A stretch of DNA of 64,000 bases from Acidobacteriaceae bacterium (GTDB taxonomy: Bacteria; Acidobacteriota; Terriglobia; Terriglobales; Acidobacteriaceae). Of this stretch, positions 54,806 through 63,066 are shown in pieces. How positions within the stretch are numbered: the first letter of the stretch is position 1; each line of letters begins with the position of its first letter. Position numbers and translations under genes: made by a program. A model generated the notes under the pieces. It worked only from the letters and a program-made list of their open reading frames with translations. It searched no databases and was not told where the DNA came from. The DNA lies in NCBI GenBank assembly GCA_052142955.1, contig JBKQVW010000099.1, forward strand, positions 5,881 to 69,880, written 5' to 3'.

Positions 54806-55594
54806 ATGATGAGCCATAAAGACCCGCTCGACAGAAAACCAGACATCTATTACATCGGGGTTCTCGGTAAAACGCTCGACATACTCGACGTCTTTACTAG
54901 CCTTAACAAACCCAAATTATCTCTGCAGGATATTTCCGTTGCGACAAAGCTAAACAAAAACACGGTCTTTCGGATTCTCTATACGCTGGCCAAGCATGGG
55001 TATATCAGCAAAGAGAATCATTCCTATCGTCTTGGCCAGCGGCTTTTAGATCTTGGCAGCACGAAGTTACATCGCCAGGATCTGCTGACCGTAGCCGGCC
55101 CCTACTTAGATAACCTGCGCGACGAGTTCGGCGAAACGGTCAATCTTGGAGTGTTGGACGGCGGCTGCGTTCGATATGTCGACGTGCGTGAGAGCCGGAA
55201 GCGCTTTCGGTTTGCCGAGCGCATCGGCGGCAGTGATCCGCTGCACTCTACCGCGCTGGGGAAGGCACAACTGGCTTTTCTCCCTTCGGAAGATGTTCGC
55301 CGGCTGATGCAAGAGTACGGAATGCGAACGTATACCGAGCATACAATTACCACAATAAAAGCGCTGATAGCTGAACTGGAACGAATACGTGCCGATGGCT
55401 ATGCGGTCGATCGCCAGGAAAGTATGTTAGGGGCTTTCTGTGTTGCCGCACCGATCCTTGACTCCAATACGTCGCCCGTGGCGGCCATCAGCATCGCAGG
55501 CCCAGATATCCGTTTCGGCAGCTCCAACCTGCGGGTAACCAGTTCCTCTCTGCTAAAAGCCGTGGCTGAAATCCAGAAAAAACTGGGGTACTGA
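54806..55594 (+). CDS. IclR-family transcriptional regulator
   Basis: N-terminal wHTH (LGKTLDILDVF...LSLQDISVATKLNKNTVFRILYTL) plus a C-terminal effector domain. Confidence 0.85.
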   Translation: MMSHKDPLDRKPDIYYIGVLGKTLDILDVFTSLNKPKLSLQDISVATKLNKNTVFRILYTLAKHGYISKENHSYRLGQRLLDLGSTKLHRQDLLTVAGPYLDNLRDEFGETVNLGVLDGGCVRYVDVRESRKRFRFAERIGGSDPLHSTALGKAQLAFLPSEDVRRLMQEYGMRTYTEHTITTIKALIAELERIRADGYAVDRQESMLGAFCVAAPILDSNTSPVAAISIAGPDIRFGSSNLRVTSSSLLKAVAEIQKKLGY

Positions 55595-55719
55595 CAGACG
55601 TAGAGAAGAATAACGAAAAACATCGCTGGAACTGATGATTGTCCCCGGAACAACCAAGCCGGTACACGTTTTGTACGCGGGGCTTCAATTCGGATAAGCA
55701 AAGGGTGGCCGTGATAAGG

Positions 55720-57504
55720 ATGCTTTCAATATGTTGCACTGCCATTCTGCTTGTGGCGGCCCTAACAGCGGCAGCACAAACATCGCCGAACCTGCCCTGG
55801 AACATGCGGGAAACGGCAATGACGGAAGATGGACGGCTTACGATGTTGCGGAAGCCATGGTGGCCGCGTGCGACAACTCTCAAAGAGGGAGAGAGTTTTA
55901 CGTTGGACCTAAACCATGATGGGCGGCCCGATACCATGATTACCCGCAGAAACGGCAACATCATCGAAGCCATCGACGATAGCGGGCACGCCGCAAAGAT
56001 ATGGAACCATGCCAGCACAACCTATGTGGTCAGTTATCACGGCACAGGGTTGGTCGACCGCATGGTGTCTTACCTCGACAACAACGGCGACGGGCGCGCT
56101 GACGAAGTTGACTTGCGATATTACCAGGACGGCTATCTTCGTTTCACGTGGATCGGCGAGTGTTATGACAGCTGCGATGCGTCCAATATCTTCGACCTGA
56201 AGAACTGGCAGTATTCTTACAATGGGTTTGCAAGCCGGTTCCGCGGCAACGCGCAGATTTATCTCAATAAATATGACTCGGTAACCAAGTCGTGGGTTCC
56301 GTTATCGGAATGTCCATTTTCATTCTGGGATACAGACGATACGGACAAAGAGGGGCGCAGCGATGTTGTGCTTCGAGCCAGTGTTGCTCCCCGCTCGAGC
56401 CTGAATGGTTCGGATACTGATTACGCCAACAATTACGACCACATGTGGGCACCCGAGACTACGCCTTTGAGCAAGATTGCGATGGTCAACATGCGCTTGA
56501 GTTTCAACGTCGATCCAAAACCGCGTCGGGATCCTCTAAACAAACCGCATTACAACTTCGGCTTTACCAGTGTCGACGCGCAGCCATACCAATACCCGGA
56601 GATGAGAGACATCAACATTCGCCGGCGGCCGCCACAGACAACCATCCATATGAATTGGACACAAGGTTGGACGCCGGGCGTGCACTATCCCGCCAGTGCG
56701 ACGGGCTTTACCTGGGATGAGGCAAGGTCAGTGTGGCGATGGGAAGGCCAGTTCTGGATCTACCAGCGAATCTATCTTTCTAACACCGGCAGACCGACAT
56801 ATCGGTGGAATATGCGGCGGGAGTATTCCTTAAAGCCAACCACGGAACGGCGCTTGTATTATTCGGCAGCGGACCGCCGCTACCACCTGTTCGGTGCACA
56901 ACAAGGCTGGCTCGAAGTGGGGCATATTGCTAACAATCACAAAGATCTGGAGTTCCGCTGGTTCGATGATAACCGGGATGGTTATCTGGATACGGTAGAA
57001 GTCTATCGTCCGGGATCACCTTTTCCGGTGCGCGTGGACCACTTCGACCCGCGTGCCCACCCGGTGAAGCTTTCACTAGAAGAACTGACAAAGGAATACA
57101 ACGAGAAGATTTTGCCGGAGGCCATCGCCAGCGACCAGCAGTTCATCGCGGAACTGACGAAGGTCGCTTCCGATCCGCTCGCCCTTCAGTATGAGGAAGA
57201 TGCGAAAAAAGCGGAGATGCCGGAACGGGAACGGTACTGTCTGGACATCGCGCGCGAACTACTTTTCCTGAAAGTCCGGGACAATATCCTTGCCTACGAG
57301 TCTCGACTGCCGTATCCCAACGGTACAGTTGATCCAGCGAAGCGACAAAGCCTCGAGCCCGGATCCGTTACAGGTGGATTCTCGCTCGGCGACAGCCTGC
57401 GCTTCTGGAAAATGGTTCTTCTCGTTCACAAATTTGAAAATGAGTATGCCAATGGCCAGCTCGGCCAAGCTGGCAAAACACTGTCCGAAATCCATTTGAA
57501 CTGA
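55720..57504 (+). CDS. Secreted protein of unknown function with DxDxDG-type calcium-binding loops
   Basis: ATG 55720 gives the signal peptide MLSICCTAILLVAALTAAAQ. Loops DLNHDGRPD, DNNGDGRADE, DDNRDGYLD and an acidic DTDDTDKEGRSD. C-terminal helical region. Confidence 0.6.
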   Translation: MLSICCTAILLVAALTAAAQTSPNLPWNMRETAMTEDGRLTMLRKPWWPRATTLKEGESFTLDLNHDGRPDTMITRRNGNIIEAIDDSGHAAKIWNHASTTYVVSYHGTGLVDRMVSYLDNNGDGRADEVDLRYYQDGYLRFTWIGECYDSCDASNIFDLKNWQYSYNGFASRFRGNAQIYLNKYDSVTKSWVPLSECPFSFWDTDDTDKEGRSDVVLRASVAPRSSLNGSDTDYANNYDHMWAPETTPLSKIAMVNMRLSFNVDPKPRRDPLNKPHYNFGFTSVDAQPYQYPEMRDINIRRRPPQTTIHMNWTQGWTPGVHYPASATGFTWDEARSVWRWEGQFWIYQRIYLSNTGRPTYRWNMRREYSLKPTTERRLYYSAADRRYHLFGAQQGWLEVGHIANNHKDLEFRWFDDNRDGYLDTVEVYRPGSPFPVRVDHFDPRAHPVKLSLEELTKEYNEKILPEAIASDQQFIAELTKVASDPLALQYEEDAKKAEMPERERYCLDIARELLFLKVRDNILAYESRLPYPNGTVDPAKRQSLEPGSVTGGFSLGDSLRFWKMVLLVHKFENEYANGQLGQAGKTLSEIHLN

Positions 57505-57660
57505 AGGCGCGGAAACGCGATGGAAGCCTAAGGTCGTTCAGCTGCGGCCTGTTCGACTTTCCGCAGCAGACGTCGCTAGCGACTATGGTGTGAGCGCAAC
57601 TTTCTGCGAGTGGCGGTTGCGTATTGCTAGAGTAATCGCGTTATTTGGATTGTTTTAGTT

Positions 57661-57675
57661 TGAGCGGAATGGGAG
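57661..57675 (+). repeat. 15-mer TGAGCGGAATGGGAG, copy 1 (downstream of the nitrilase gene)
   Basis: Exact match to 58573-58587. Confidence 0.7.
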
Positions 57676-57708
57676 AGGTAGCCTGTCTGGTGGAGCGCCA
57701 GGTTTTCT

Positions 57709-57732
57709 GCCGCTTCGGGGCTGAGAAGCGGC
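57709..57732 (-). terminator. GC-rich hairpin 11 nt after the nitrilase stop (no U-tract)
   Basis: GCCGCTTC-ggggctga-GAAGCGGC, an 8-bp stem with an 8-nt loop, in a convergent intergenic region. Confidence 0.35.
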
Positions 57733-57742
57733 CCGGTCGGTC

Positions 57743-58558
57743 TCAGGCGTAGCGGGAGTATAGGTCGGGTCTCCTTCCCGTATACAACGGGTTCTCGGCA
57801 CGCTCTTTCAACGCCTCCTCGGGGTTGACATCCGCGTAGATCACTCCTTCTTTGTCCCAGATTTCCGCGAGCAGGCCGCCGTCGTAGTTGGTGATATTGC
57901 TACCGCCCGGGCACGTGCTGGACAATTCGTCATGCCCGCAGCAGCACGACGTGGGCATGATCATCGAGTTGTCCCTGGCCAGCCCCATGACTTCGTCATG
58001 ACCCCGTTGAGTTCGATTGTTCAGCCAGAAAAGCATTCCGCAATTCAGGTTGGCATAGCAACGGGTCATTTCTGGGAAATTGCCGTCGAAGCAGATCATC
58101 ACTCCGCACTTGTGGCCCTTTACGGCGAAAGTAACCAGCTCGTTGCCGGGTTCGTAATAGCTAGGCTCGTGGCGCAACCCCTCTTCTTTCCACCACAGGT
58201 GAGTCTTCCGATAATTGGCTTCCACTCCTGACGCGCCAACTAAAGTGGCGGAGATAAAACACTTGTCCTCATCGCGCTCTGTCAGGCCCCAGAGAACGAG
58301 GGACTGGCTGCCCGCCAGCAAAGACTGAAAGGCCCGGCTGGTCGGCCCACCCGCACACTCCGCCAGCTCTTTCAGGTTCGCTACGTAACCGACCACCAAC
58401 TCCTCATGGAAGAGGACTATGTCCGCGCCATTTCTCAGGGCCTCGCCGGCAAAAGCCAAGGCCTTAATTCGGTTCTTCTCCACCGAGCCTGGTACCGTCT
58501 CCATCTGCACCACCGCGACACGGATCTTCCCAGCAGGGGGGCTACTTTCCGCTGTCAT
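57743..58558 (-). CDS. Carbon-nitrogen hydrolase (nitrilase superfamily)
   Basis: 271 aa. Glu-Lys-Cys triad contexts VLFHEE, YRKTHLW, GVMICFD. Confidence 0.85.
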   Translation of the reverse strand: MTAESSPPAGKIRVAVVQMETVPGSVEKNRIKALAFAGEALRNGADIVLFHEELVVGYVANLKELAECAGGPTSRAFQSLLAGSQSLVLWGLTERDEDKCFISATLVGASGVEANYRKTHLWWKEEGLRHEPSYYEPGNELVTFAVKGHKCGVMICFDGNFPEMTRCYANLNCGMLFWLNNRTQRGHDEVMGLARDNSMIMPTSCCCGHDELSSTCPGGSNITNYDGGLLAEIWDKEGVIYADVNPEEALKERAENPLYTGRRPDLYSRYA

Positions 58559-58572
58559 TTTGCGTCTTCTCC

Positions 58573-58587
58573 TGAGCGGAATGGGAG
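58573..58587 (+). repeat. 15-mer TGAGCGGAATGGGAG, copy 2 (upstream of the nitrilase start)
   Basis: Exact match to 57661-57675. Lies within an 8-bp inverted repeat CCTGAGCG (58571-58578) / CGCTCAGG (58601-58608). Confidence 0.7.
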
Positions 58588-58800
58588 TGCAATGACAACG
58601 CGCTCAGGTCACCGACTGCGCCGACCTTGATAAAATTCCTTCTCGATATACTATTCAGATTCATGGCTGCTCCCGCCTCGTCATTAATCTAGCTTTTACC
58701 TCAACTTAGACCCAACGCACAAATACTATCAGTACATACCGCAGGCGGTCGGCATGGTGTTCTACGTAGCTTGCGAGTTCGTTTTCGACTGCGGGTGAAT

Positions 58801-60183
58801 TCATTTGAACGCGTCTCCGCTCCACTGACTGAGTTTATTCTTGAATCCCCGCGTCAGGATGGCGAGGTAAAGAACGCCGATCGCCAGCCAGATAAAACCC
58901 ACGACCTTGGCATGCGTGCTCAGGTTCAGCCAAACATAGATACAGGCGCACGCTCCGGCGAGAGGGGAAATCAAGTTGGAGAAGATGGTGCCAGCACCGC
59001 GCTGTTTTTGGCCGATGTAAAAGTGCTGGATGACAGAGAGGTTGACGAGAATGTAGCCTACAAACGCGCCAAAGTTCAGCAGCTCGACGGCGATCTGGAA
59101 ATTCATCAGCAGAGCGCCTACTAAAGAGGCGGCAGAGGTTACGTAGATAGCGCGAGTCGGGGTGCCGTACTTTGGCGAAACATAGCCGAACACGGTGCGG
59201 GAAAATACTCCGTCTCGGCCCATGGCGTAGAGCAGTCGGGAAGCGCCCGCCTGCCCAGTAAGCGCACTGGAGACGCCGGCCACCAGCAGCACTAATGTCA
59301 GGATCAGGAACATCACTTGTCCGCCGATTCGATGGCCGATATCGAGGATGGCAGTGTCAACGTGCGGGAAACTGCCGTAGTTGTTCCAGGCCAATGCGGC
59401 GAAATAGACGGTGACGACGCAAATCAAGGTCTGGATGATGCAGACAAGGACGGTAGAAAACCCGATGTCTTTCTCGGGATGCAGCGTGTCTTCCGCCAAA
59501 GTGGAGATGGCGTCGAATCCTATGTAGGAAAGGGCCGCAATCGACGCACCCAGCATCATCGGCCGAACAGAGAAGTGGCCCTTTGGGAATATGCCCACGG
59601 GTGAGATAAGGCTTGCTTTGCCATAGTGCAGTTCAACATAATGCACGGCGAGAATGATGAAGAGCACCGCACAGATGGTCATCGCCGCCATCATCACGGT
59701 GTTGGTGCGGGCCAGAATCCGAATGCCACGGACATTGATGGCGGTGATGGCTGCGGTGAAGACTAAGACCCAAACAAAATAGGGAATCGTCGGCACAAAA
59801 CGCTGCGCCGTCAACGCCGCATAAATCACACTTACCAGCGGAATCAGAAAATAGTCCAGGATCATGGCCCAGCCGGCAACAAAACCGATGGTGGGATTAA
59901 ACGACTGCTGAACGTAGGTGTAGGTGGAACCGGCAGAAGGATAAACGGTCGCCATTCTTCCATAACTGGCAGCCGTGAACAACATGGCAACCATGGCGAC
60001 CACATAGCTCAATGCAGCCTGGCCATGGGAAACATACTGAATAATTCCGTAAACCGGATAGACCGCGGTCGGACTTAGGATGACGAGCCCAAAGAGGATG
60101 AGGTCCCATCGTGTAAGCACCCGTCGGATATGTCCCGTAGTGGAGGGATCGTTTGCGATGGTCTGCGGCGCCGATTCGCTCAT
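58801..60183 (-). CDS. APC-family amino acid/polyamine permease
   Basis: About 460 aa with 12 TM. ATG 60183 (MSESAPQ...) is preceded by GAGAGGA, and the ORF is open to 60204. Confidence 0.85.
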   Translation of the reverse strand: MSESAPQTIANDPSTTGHIRRVLTRWDLILFGLVILSPTAVYPVYGIIQYVSHGQAALSYVVAMVAMLFTAASYGRMATVYPSAGSTYTYVQQSFNPTIGFVAGWAMILDYFLIPLVSVIYAALTAQRFVPTIPYFVWVLVFTAAITAINVRGIRILARTNTVMMAAMTICAVLFIILAVHYVELHYGKASLISPVGIFPKGHFSVRPMMLGASIAALSYIGFDAISTLAEDTLHPEKDIGFSTVLVCIIQTLICVVTVYFAALAWNNYGSFPHVDTAILDIGHRIGGQVMFLILTLVLLVAGVSSALTGQAGASRLLYAMGRDGVFSRTVFGYVSPKYGTPTRAIYVTSAASLVGALLMNFQIAVELLNFGAFVGYILVNLSVIQHFYIGQKQRGAGTIFSNLISPLAGACACIYVWLNLSTHAKVVGFIWLAIGVLYLAILTRGFKNKLSQWSGDAFK

Positions 60184-60327
60184 CGAGGTCCTCTCAAAAC
60201 GCAAGACGCGTTGCTTCTAAACGTCGGTACAAATGGAACGTGAAGATGGCTTCCGGAGTGAGGGCGGAGTCGCAATCACTGCCGAGGGCACAGGATGCGA
60301 GGCATTTCGATAGGTTACGTATTCGAC

Positions 60328-60636
60328 GGAGAGCATAAAAAATTGTGGGGTGCTCACGCCGCCATGGAGAGCCCGAAGTTTGTGTGCCATGCGCGGAAGG
60401 CCTGTTCCAGCATATCGTTCAACACATGGACCCGCACAGTTAGAAATGGCTGCACAGTGGATCGGTTCCAGCGTATCTGCTGCTTCTTGACCATCCGTTT
60501 CCGTCTCACTGGAATCAATTCCGCGACCACTTCAGTATCTATTCCATGAGGAACCTCCATCGTTTATCAGATATGAGGTTAACCTGGCCTGGGACCTATT
60601 CAAAGGACATCCACCCCACAATTTTTCATGCTCTCC
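60328..60636. mobile_element. MITE-like element: 309 bp bounded by 25-bp terminal inverted repeats
   Basis: GGAGAGCATaAAAAATTGTGGGGTG (60328-60352) versus the reverse complement of 60612-60636, GGAGAGCATgAAAAATTGTGGGGTG (24/25). The interior has no convincing gene. ATTC occurs close to both ends (60321-60324 and 60637-60640). Confidence 0.5.
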
Positions 60637-60643
60637 ATTCTGA

Positions 60644-63001
60644 TCAGTATCTGCAAGGAGCGCTCCAGCTCTCACCCGTTTTGCCGGTACAGACGCCGGG
60701 CAATTCACTGAAATCCTGCCAATCAAAATGGTAGTTTCTGGCGGGAAGATTGTGTGCCGCGGCAAATTGGTTGCGAGCGGCGGCGATGGCATTGACCCAC
60801 TGGCCGAAGGGAAGGATTTTTTCCCGATAGACAAGATAGCCCATACCTACCGTCCTGTCTGTTAGATAGTCCTTGGAATCATCTTGTTCATGCAGGAAGT
60901 GACGCCCATTGGCATCTGAAACACGTGGGAACCAAGCCTTATACCACGTTGTCGTGGCATCCTTTAGTACATCATTCCGTTGCCGCCGGATCGAACCGGC
61001 AATATCAAGTGCATCGTCCACTTCCTCGATAGCCGCTTTAGGATCTTTGCTTTTGAGTTGGGAGGCCGTCGCCAGATCGATATCCATCTCATGAATACCT
61101 GCAATCATCATAAGATTCTGGCGGCAGAGATTGGCGATCATCGTAAACACTTCGAGATTGTAACGGTTGAATTGCGCCCGCTGCATATTTTCATGGAGCA
61201 AGCCAAGTAAAATGTCGTTGGCATGTTTCGCCTGCAAGGCCAATGCGATTCGTCTAGCATTTTCACCGGACCATGTAGAACGATACTCCAAATCACTACC
61301 GGGAGCTGGAGGTAGTGGAATGGACTGATCGTGTGCGGGACGAGGGGTCTTATAGATTCCGTGAGAATTTCCCAAGAGCGGCTTGCGCGATCGTGATGGC
61401 GTGAGGTCCCAACTATCGATCCAAGACTGGGCCTGCTCGCTCATCAACTGATAGATGCGGTCCATATCCACAACTTTCGGTCCGTAGAACAAGGAGTAGA
61501 AACTGCTCGCCACCTCCGAGGGACTGGGCGAGCCGGGGTGCCATCCCCACGAGCCACTGGCAATGTAAGCGAGCCACATGGTTTCGGCGTTCACTCCCGA
61601 CGGCGTCCAACCCGCGTTTACCTCGCCGATAATACTCGTATTCACCCGGGCGGAATTGAATGAAATCGTATTGAAGATATCGTCTAGTCTTGGAACAGTC
61701 TGTTGATCCTGGTACTCATCGTTCAACATGCTATGCAGTCGCTCGCTCTGGGGCAACATAATATAGTCGGGAAACAGGTTTTCCTCGCCTTCGTTGGAGG
61801 TGTAAATCATCTGCCGAATGCCGCGCTGATGATAGGCTTTGTCGAACTCCGGGCCATATACCTCGCCGTTGATTAGATACGGTGGGAGCGATGGAATGTC
61901 ACTCGGTTTCAGCGGATATTCTCCCCAGAACACTACCGTCCGACCGTGGTCGTGGAGGTAGCCGCCGGCTTTATCGACAAAGTATGCGAAGACCTGGCCT
62001 GGCGAGCCCAATTTTTTCTTCAGATCCGCTTCGTTGCATTGGGAATTATGCGCCAGGCCAAAGTAGTACGGTTCGTCGGTCGATAGGTAGAAATACTTCA
62101 CTCCTTTATTTGCTTCCATCAAGTCCTGAGACATGCCTTCAAGCATCTTGTAGCTCTCTGGATTCGTTGCGCAAAACTCATAATTGTTGTCCGGAAATTC
62201 ACGCAGCTTCGCATATTCAGGATGCTTCAGTACGTAAGCGCTGTGCGCAGGACCATCTACGTAGGGGATAAGCTGAATATGATAATGCAGACCATAATCT
62301 GTGAGTTCCTGTAGCTCCGGAGGACTGATTGCATATGGCTCAACCACGGCGGGAGCGCTCTTATATTGAAAATGCCCGTGAAACTTAATCACAAAACCAT
62401 TGATCTTATAAAACGCAGCTTGCCGCAGATCCCGCTTAAGATCGTCCATTCTTTCAAGTTGATGGTCGTTATCCCAGTATATCTGTCGGAGTTGCAGGTC
62501 GGGCCAGTCTTCAATTGTGCCTTCCGGCAGCCACAGTTTTCCCATGTCCCGGCGCAACAACTGGATGAAGGTGTCGACCCCATAAAGGAGTCCCGTGGGA
62601 GCATTCGCGGTGATCATAACCGCGCCTTCGTGCAGGCTGATCCGGTACGCCTGCTCTTTGAGAGATGCCTTGTTGGAATCAAGGGCCTCGCCGATTGGTA
62701 CATTTCCTGGCTCGATGCGCAACGACAGAATGTCGCTGGAGCTGCCGGACGCGCCCAGCCTCACATCAAATCTGGTATTCAGATCCTCGCGCAATGTTTC
62801 CACCGCGACATCGCCGGCGGCAACGCTTTTGCCCACCTCAAGCTGCCAACTTGGACCGAAAGTGAAGTCGTGGGCATCCAAAGAGACTTTCTGTGGTTCC
62901 GGAATCACCGTATAGCCACGAGCGAAGAGCGGAGACACTGTTTGCGCCAATCCACCGCATGATAAGCAGCCGATTGTAGCGGCGAGCAGGAGTACTTTCA
63001 C
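60644..63001 (-). CDS. Secreted glycoside hydrolase, GH20 (beta-N-acetylhexosaminidase)-like
   Basis: GTG 63001 is preceded by AAGGA and gives the signal MKVLLLAATIGCLSCGGLAQ. N-terminal domain ...ITANAPTGLLYGVDTFIQLL, then WPDLQLRQIYWD... and a TDE pair (YLSTDEPYY). The family call is tentative. Confidence 0.55.
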   Translation of the reverse strand: MKVLLLAATIGCLSCGGLAQTVSPLFARGYTVIPEPQKVSLDAHDFTFGPSWQLEVGKSVAAGDVAVETLREDLNTRFDVRLGASGSSSDILSLRIEPGNVPIGEALDSNKASLKEQAYRISLHEGAVMITANAPTGLLYGVDTFIQLLRRDMGKLWLPEGTIEDWPDLQLRQIYWDNDHQLERMDDLKRDLRQAAFYKINGFVIKFHGHFQYKSAPAVVEPYAISPPELQELTDYGLHYHIQLIPYVDGPAHSAYVLKHPEYAKLREFPDNNYEFCATNPESYKMLEGMSQDLMEANKGVKYFYLSTDEPYYFGLAHNSQCNEADLKKKLGSPGQVFAYFVDKAGGYLHDHGRTVVFWGEYPLKPSDIPSLPPYLINGEVYGPEFDKAYHQRGIRQMIYTSNEGEENLFPDYIMLPQSERLHSMLNDEYQDQQTVPRLDDIFNTISFNSARVNTSIIGEVNAGWTPSGVNAETMWLAYIASGSWGWHPGSPSPSEVASSFYSLFYGPKVVDMDRIYQLMSEQAQSWIDSWDLTPSRSRKPLLGNSHGIYKTPRPAHDQSIPLPPAPGSDLEYRSTWSGENARRIALALQAKHANDILLGLLHENMQRAQFNRYNLEVFTMIANLCRQNLMMIAGIHEMDIDLATASQLKSKDPKAAIEEVDDALDIAGSIRRQRNDVLKDATTTWYKAWFPRVSDANGRHFLHEQDDSKDYLTDRTVGMGYLVYREKILPFGQWVNAIAAARNQFAAAHNLPARNYHFDWQDFSELPGVCTGKTGESWSAPCRY

Positions 63002-63016
63002 AATTTCGTCCTTAAT

Positions 63017-63039
63017 CGGCCCGCGCATTGCGCGGGCCG
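63017..63039 (-). terminator. Perfect 10-bp GC hairpin after the TonB-dependent receptor gene
   Basis: CGGCCCGCGC-att-GCGCGGGCCG, 28 nt downstream of the receptor stop (63067). No U-tract. It overlaps the ATG at 63028 that the longest-ORF model would use. Confidence 0.4.
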
Positions 63040-63066
63040 CCGGAGGCAAAGGTTACAGCAAACAAG

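Noticed and set aside
57572-57583. Perfect 12-bp palindrome GTCGCTAGCGAC in the convergent spacer
   Set aside because: Roughly 15 perfect 12-bp palindromes are expected by chance in 64 kb, and nothing in the context makes this one special.
60354-60560. 68-aa ORF inside the MITE-like element, considered as a transposase or toxin remnant
   Set aside because: I can find no DDE, HUH, PIN or RelE-like motif and no ribosome-binding site. It is left uncalled.
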